DNA of 64,000 nt from Cyanophora paradoxa CCMP329 (lineage: Eukaryota; Plantae; Glaucophyta). The position numbers were made by a program, and so were the translations under genes. This document shows positions 57,601 to 64,000 of the stretch, piece after piece. Every line of letters begins with the position of its first letter. The first letter of the stretch is position 1. Where the stretch lies: positions 1 to 64,000 of the forward strand of contig QPMI01000103.1 of assembly GCA_004431415.1 (NCBI GenBank), given 5' to 3'. The notes beneath the pieces were generated by a model. That model did not search any database. It was not told the origin of the DNA and saw only the letters and a list, made by a program, of their open reading frames with translations.

Positions 57601-60600
57601 GGCAGCGAATGCGGATGGGCTGGCCGGGGCGGACGAAGAGCGGCTGAGCCGGGAAAACGTTCTGAATGACAACGACGGGGATGTCCACGGAGGCGATGTC
57701 GAGGAGAACAGAAGCCGACGCAGTCGTCGCGTTGCCAAACGGCACGTCTCCGACAAACCGCGTCGAAGTAACGATGAGTGAGACGTTGTACTCCATTCCG
57801 GGGGTGAGTCCTGCGCAGGCTTCGACTTCAGCGCGCGCTTCGACACAAATCTAGGCGTGACAATGCAGAGATAGCGCACCGATCTCTGAGGGCACGAACG
57901 TGTGCAGAGGAGAGCTAGAAACCGTGGAATTGTAGTAAAGCGTCGGCGGGATCGGTTCGCCTTCGTCCGTCACGGAGGAGACGTTGAAGGGCGAGTAGAT
58001 AAACCATTGGTACGCAAGCTCGGCGCGGCGGTTGGCGGCGATGGCGGCGGGGCTCGTGAAGTCGGCGTCCGAAGAGCGCGAAGCGTTCAAGGTGAGGGCG
58101 CGGAAGGGCGAGACGCGCCCGCGCGTGCTCGAGATCCGCGCCGTCAGCGGCTCCGGAATCACGTTGATGAGAACGGAGACCTGCGACTTGACGTTCTGCT
58201 GCTGCGTGTCGGTAGCGGTCATCGTGGCGGTGACTGTCTCGCCCGGGGGCAAAATGCCGCGTGGGACGATGAGCGTGGGCTTGGTGAGATCCACGCCAGC
58301 AGTGTTGATGGGCACGCTGGCGGAAAGGCTCCAGAGAACCTCGATGCCGGTCGAGCGGATCCAGGACCACGCGTCGGCCGCATCGACGTTGTCTGCGTGG
58401 GGGACGGGATGAGGAGCCAGGATCGGGATTCGAGGCCACATGTACAGGGGAAAGCGCACAGAACGCCGGGTCCTCCCCGTCGCAGTTGACGCGCTGCGCG
58501 ATCACTTTGACGGTTGTGACGGACGTTCTGGGCGGAACGGAGCAGATCCGGATTAACACTCAGCACAAATGAGGAGGGAAAACGCAGGCTCACGACTTGG
58601 TCTGCAGAATTTTGCCGCCATCCACAGTGAGCAGAGGAGGCTGCGGGGTACGGGGGTTAATGGCAAAGAAAAGGAACCGCGCATTAAAATTCAAAGATTC
58701 GAATTCGAAAGCGCACGACGCCGGGGCTCTTGAAAGGAGAGACGGCGACCGCCGCGGAGCGGGCGCCAAGGAAGTTCTCGCCGACGACAGACCTTAAAAA
58801 GATGTGAGCGCCGTGGAGGTTTCGATTTTCACATGTACGTGTACACCAAAGAACTTACAGCTGGTAGATCTTGTTGAGAGGCCGAATTTCGCTAGGGAGA
58901 GTGACTCGTCCAGCGCGCGCGGCGGTGCCGTTGAGATCGACGCCGTAAGCGGCGAGCGCGTCGCAGGTCTCGGCGTCCACGCAAGTCCAGGAGAAGCGGA
59001 GGTTCCGGCGGCCCGTGCCGGCGAGGGGCGTCGCCACGATCCGGATGGAGCGGCAGAGGGGGCTCTCCTCGGGGAACTGCGCAGGGCCGTCAGGCGACGA
59101 AACGCTTCGAATTGCATTCGGCCATTGGCGTGTGTGTGCTCACGGATGCGCGGATGGTGGGCGTCGCGGGAGCCTCGGCGGCGCTCACTGTGACGGCGGC
59201 AATGAAGCAGTCGCCCGTGCCGTCGTTCGCGCAGACGGAAGTTTGGAGGCGGAGGGCGCCGCCGGGGAGGATCGTGGCATTCGCCGTCATCTCGAAGGTC
59301 AGAGTGTCCGACGCCGACCAGAAGGCCGTCGCCCCAGCGCCCAGAGCAGCCGCCGTCTCTGCGGTCAGGAAGTCCGTGGCCGGGACGGATGCATCGGTGC
59401 GGATGGCCGGCTTTGAGAAGCGAATGCTGATTTGATATCCTGTGCATGCAGGAAATCAGATACAGGCTCGTGTACGATGTAGGGATCTGAAAATAGCGAC
59501 AGGGTGCCGCACCGTTGTTCTCAAACTGGCTGGAAAGGACGCGCATTGTGCCCACCACCTGCAGCTGAACGGGGCTGTTGACTGCCTGGGAGTTAGCAGC
59601 ATCCGCGTCGACTGCTGCGGAGTACCGAACGAGGAGCTGGACGTTGTCCGTGAGGCGCCGGCCCGTCACCGTCATCGCGAGGCCGCCGCTCGCCGTCGGA
59701 GTGTAGCCCGCGGCCGTCAGCGTCTCGGGGTCGCCGACCACCGCGGGGGCCTGGAAGTCCGCCGGGAGGAGCGTCGCAGAGCCGGCGAGCGGGGCAAGGG
59801 TGCAACGCGGCGAGGTGCCGACAATGACGTCCCGCGAGGGGCACTGGAGTCTAGCGGCGATGGCGGCCACAGCGATCGGCGGGGAAACTGGAAGGCGCAG
59901 GCTCGGAGCGGTCTGCTCGCTGAACCAGACGGACAGGTTGGCGGCCGCAGACAGCGAGGACGGCGTGAACGTGAAGCTGAGCTGCTCCCCCTCTGCGGCA
60001 CCGCCCACCGCGGAAACGGCCGAGAACGACCCGAACGCAGCCACGCCAGGACTCGAAACGTTGAGCGGCGCGAAGTCGGAGGAACGAAGAAGGGCAGAGT
60101 TTCCGATACGAGCCACGGTGCACGTGATTGAACTGTTGACCGTGCGGCGGCTGCCATCGCACGAAACGGTTGCGGCCAGCGTGGAGACGGCGAAGCCGGG
60201 CAAGAGCTCCCTGCTGCGGTCGATCTCGGGCGAGAAGCGAAGATTGACAACGGACGACGAAACGACGATGGTGGGCCGGTAGGTGAACGCGAGTCCTCCG
60301 CCCTCGCTCGGTGTCAGCTCGGCAAAGCTGCCGCTGCCCGCCGGCTCGACGAACGGTGCCTGGAAGTCGCTTGCCGAGAGCGTCGGGGAGTTGGTCTCGC
60401 GAGTCACAAGGCATGCGAGCGACACGTTGACGGCCCTGCGCGCAGAGACGCAGCTGATCGAAGCCCCGATAGCCTCGACGGGCCGGACAGCGATGACACC
60501 TCCGCCGATCGCGGCGCTCCACCGCAGCTGCAGTGCAGCGTCTCTGACGGGCGCCGAGATGCGCAGCTCCGCTGAAGCGTTGCCCGCGCTGGCGATCGTC

Positions 60601-63600
60601 CAACCCGCCAAGTTCACAGCTGCTGTGGAGTTGGAAGGCAGATTTAGCAGCGCGGCGAGGCCGAAGTCGGTGTCCAGCAGTGTCGTGCTGTTGGGAGATG
60701 CGAAGGCCAAGCAGGCGAAGGCCCGGCCAGCTGCGGCACGGCGATCGCAGACGACTGTGACGTTCACTACGAGCAGAGTGAACTCCGCCGTGGTCTCGTT
60801 CGCGGTGTCGATCTCCGAGGACCAACGGAGCTGCGAGATTTAAAAGTGTGAGCTCATGATCATGATCAACTAATTATATAGTTATAAGATAAGTATTGGA
60901 CACAGATCTAGAGTCCGCCGCGCGCTGACCTGAATCGGGGCGCCAGCGTCGTCCGTCACCGCCGTTGCTGTGACGTTGAACGCGAGATCCCCTCCCGAAG
61001 CGGAGACGAGAGGGCCGTACGAGCCCGCGAAGAGCGGGATGGCCTCGAAGTCCGAGCTTCGCAGGTTCGCGGACGTCGCCGCCTTGGTGAGCATACAGCT
61101 CGCGCGCGCGCCCACGTGGCGGCGCAGGTTCGTGCATGCCAGGGTCGCCGAGACAACGTCCAATGGGCGGGGCGACCCGAACACGTGGCGAGTCTCCGGA
61201 TCAATTGCACCCGAGTAGCGAACAGAGATCGTCGCCCCATCCACGGGCTCCGAGGCCGTGAAGTTGAACCTGTCATGTCGCGTCAGCTGCGGGCATTCGA
61301 ATTTTATTTTGCAGAACCTAATCTTAAGACTCACGAGAGGTCGTAGCTGGAGCTATCTTCTGCTGCGACGACCTCGGACAGAGTTCCGGTCGACGATACC
61401 GAGACGGTGATGTCCGACGGCCTTAGAGCAGGGGACGCGCCGACGCGGCTCAGGAAGCAGAAGACCGTAGAGCGAACTGAGATTCGACGGGTTGTGCAGG
61501 TCACGTTCGCGGCCACGACCGCGACGTGCGTCTCGTTGTCGACGGGGCCGCCGCCGATGATCTGGCTGTACTCCGCGAAGACCCGCACGCTGGCGCCGGC
61601 AAGGTTCGGCCTGACATCGAAGCTCACGCTGTCCCCGTTCTCGCGAAGCACGGCGACCCCGCCGCGCCGCCGACCGTTGATGCAGTCCTGGGCGCTCGCG
61701 GCGTCGCCCTCGCAGGTCGACGCGGCCTCCTCGGCGCTGCTGGTGTTGAACGGATCGAAGAATGCGCCTCTAAAATCGGTCGTGCTGAGCCTGTCCGACG
61801 CCGCCTTGCGCTGCATCGACACGCGTACGAGCGATCCCAGCGCCATGCGGGTGCGGTTGAGCACGATGCGGGCCCCGACGAAAGTCGCGTTCCGCGGCGA
61901 GAACTGGGTGTGAGGCGAGGCCGGGTGGAGGGACGCGTTGAAGCGGACGGAGAAGGCGGTGTCCGGGCGAAGGGCGTTCGGCGTGAACGCGAAGCGGACG
62001 CTGCCGTTGGCGGCTAGCTGGTAGGCGGCAAAGGCGCCGGCACTGCCAGGCTGCGTCGTCGGCGCCAGGAAGTCCGAAGCGCGGAGCGCGGGGCTGCCGG
62101 GGGCCGGAGCCAGAGTGCAGTTGACAGGGAGACCCTCCCGTCGCCGCACCGTGCAGTTCAGACGGGCAGCGACGATATCGACGGTGGCTGCGGCGAGCCC
62201 GCCGCCGCCTACGCGCTCCTGCCAGCTGACGGAGATGGGAACAGCCTCGCCAGCTCCTACGGTCCTCGCGACGAAAGACACGCCGGATCCCACGATAGTC
62301 ATTGGCTCCGGCTGGATGAATGCGTTCGCAATGGGTGCATCCAGGTCCGCCGGGAGGATGGGAGGCGACCCAGGCGACGTCGAGACGGCGCAGGAGACGT
62401 TGTTGCCGATAGCCAGGCGGCCGCTCTGGCACGTCACAGTGCCGTCGAACACCGTCAGGTTCCGCCTGTCAAAGACGCCACCTCCGACCGCCGCGGAGTA
62501 CGAAGCGGTGACGAGGCCTGTGGCCGCGAGCTTCTCCGCGCCGATGAAGACCTCGAGCTGAGGGTGAAAATGAAGAAAGTCAGCCGCGAACAGACCCGCA
62601 TCAGGAAATTTAAAGGCAAAGGCCTGACCGTGCCGTTCTCGGACGAGACGACGCCGGTGATGTTTCCGATGCTCGGGGCCGTCACGAGCACGTCCGTTGG
62701 GACGAAGGGCGCCGAAGTCGCGTGCTGCTCGAGGATGCAGCTGATGTTCGCGTACCGCCTCCAGCGCGTTTGGTTGCAGAAGAGACGGGAGCCGAGGACG
62801 ATGGCCGTAGAATCCGACAGCTCTCGCACCGGCGCGAACAGGCCGACGCTGCCGCCGTTATAGTTCACATCGACATCCGCCGTGTTGCCAGAGACGAGCG
62901 GTGGTCCAGGAATGAACATGCCGATGGCCAGCGCTCCAGCCGCAGCTGTGAAGTTGTACGAAACGTACCTAAGCGACGAAGATATTAGAGAAGACGAATG
63001 AGAAGGCGGGAAGCAGCTGCAGAATACGAAGAGGGCTCACTGCAGGTCGCCAATGCGCAGCGTTGCAACGAAAATGTCGGTGCGCTGAATGGGCGGCGAG
63101 ATGCCGAAAGGCGTAATGGTGCAGGGCAAGTGGCGTCCGGGGCGTGTGCGCGGATCGCAGCGCAGCAGAGCCTCGACAATCGTTGCAGTGAAAGACTGGA
63201 TGCCGATCTGGCCTCCGCCGATCTGAATGCGTGATCATGAGGCGATCTCGGACACAGAACATCTCGAGTACACGCACGTCGTCCGACCAGTGAAGAGCAA
63301 TCGAAGAGCTCGACGCGGCCGACAGGGCGCGAAGCTTCACCGTGATCTGGCCCTGGTTCAGGGAAGGGGAGCCTTCGTCCTTGATAAGCTGCGAGGTGTT
63401 GACGGCGGGGGCGCCGATGTCCGCGGTTTGGAGGGCGGCGGAGTTCGGGGCGGCGCTGACGGTGCAGACGACCGAGGCCGGCGGGCTCCGCCGCGTACCC
63501 GCGCAGCTCACGGACCCCGCGACGACGGACAGGAGCGTCCTGCCCGCGAGGCCGGAGCCTACAGACGAGGTCCACGCCATGAGATAAGTGAACTCGGGCC

Positions 63601-64000
63601 TGGGAACGTTGACGGCCGGTCAGCTTTCCAGCAGTAAAAAGGACGTCGACGGACCGCAACGAACGTTATAATTAACTGCAGCTACTATATGTAACGCACC
63701 CGTTCACGACCGCCGCGGTGTGGGTGAAGAAGAGCCCGGAGCTGTTCGTGGTGGCCTCGGTCGATGGCGCGCTCCCGTACATGTCGACGAAGTCCGACGT
63801 GGCGAGGTTCGGCGAGTTGGAGTCCTTGAGAATGGCGCACTGGACCTGGCGCCCGAGAGCGACGCGGGGCCGCGAGCAGCGCAGAGGATCCGAGGCGACG
63901 ACGCCCACGGCGACGATGTTCGGAGTCTGCGCGACGAAGCCGCCGCCGATGGCGGACGCGAAGGTCACATTTAGGACGCCCGTGCTGCCGACCCCTGGCA
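54614..64000 (-). CDS. Multi-exon single-pass surface receptor: tandem Cys-pair beta-rich repeats + REJ-like region + GAIN/GPS + 1 TM (polycystin-1-like ectodomain); 5' end outside the window
   Basis: A chain of minus-strand ORFs is separated by short GT-AG introns (e.g. 55151-55226). The spliced GPS motif reads LWKSC…YCDHLT-PFGV. REJ-like segments include LTLNASRSSDAD, YQW and PSPGECSIFPESGVALKTQF. TM is IAVPVVLGTVFVAAAVFGVLYW followed by KAKKR, and the stop is at 54614. Confidence 0.85.

Overview
Eukaryotic, very GC-rich nuclear DNA. About 53 kb is a nest of mobile elements and tandem repeats, followed by one intron-rich host gene. From left to right: (1) 1-11301, a non-coding element with split direct repeats in the order A...B-A-C-B (TOC1/PAT-type layout), filled with ~315-bp and ~140-bp GC-rich tandem arrays; (2) an interrupted ORF of unknown function and a lone Gypsy-type LTR (12375-12656); (3) a decayed Gypsy pol fragment; (4) a 3.6-kb non-autonomous TIR element with TATCC...GGATA ends and a perfect 6-bp TSD (16393-19969); (5) a 13.1-kb foldback palindrome with the same TATCC...GGATA ends and 5/6-matching 6-bp flanks (24681-37828), with mirrored 348-bp satellite arrays at its centre and a TSD-flanked poly(A) retroposon in one arm only; (6) a Ty3/Gypsy element (PR, RT, RNase H, IN, PPT, 3' LTR) split by an apparently full-length 8.4-kb APE-RT-RNase H LINE that has a 20-bp TSD and ends in oligo(T) instead of poly(A); (7) 54614->64000 on the minus strand, a multi-exon single-pass receptor with at least 13 tandem Cys-pair repeats, a REJ-like region and a GPS autoproteolysis motif. 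Most long Ala/Arg/Pro/Gly-rich ORFs in the track are artefacts of GC-rich repeats. All calls were made by eye and no database search was run.
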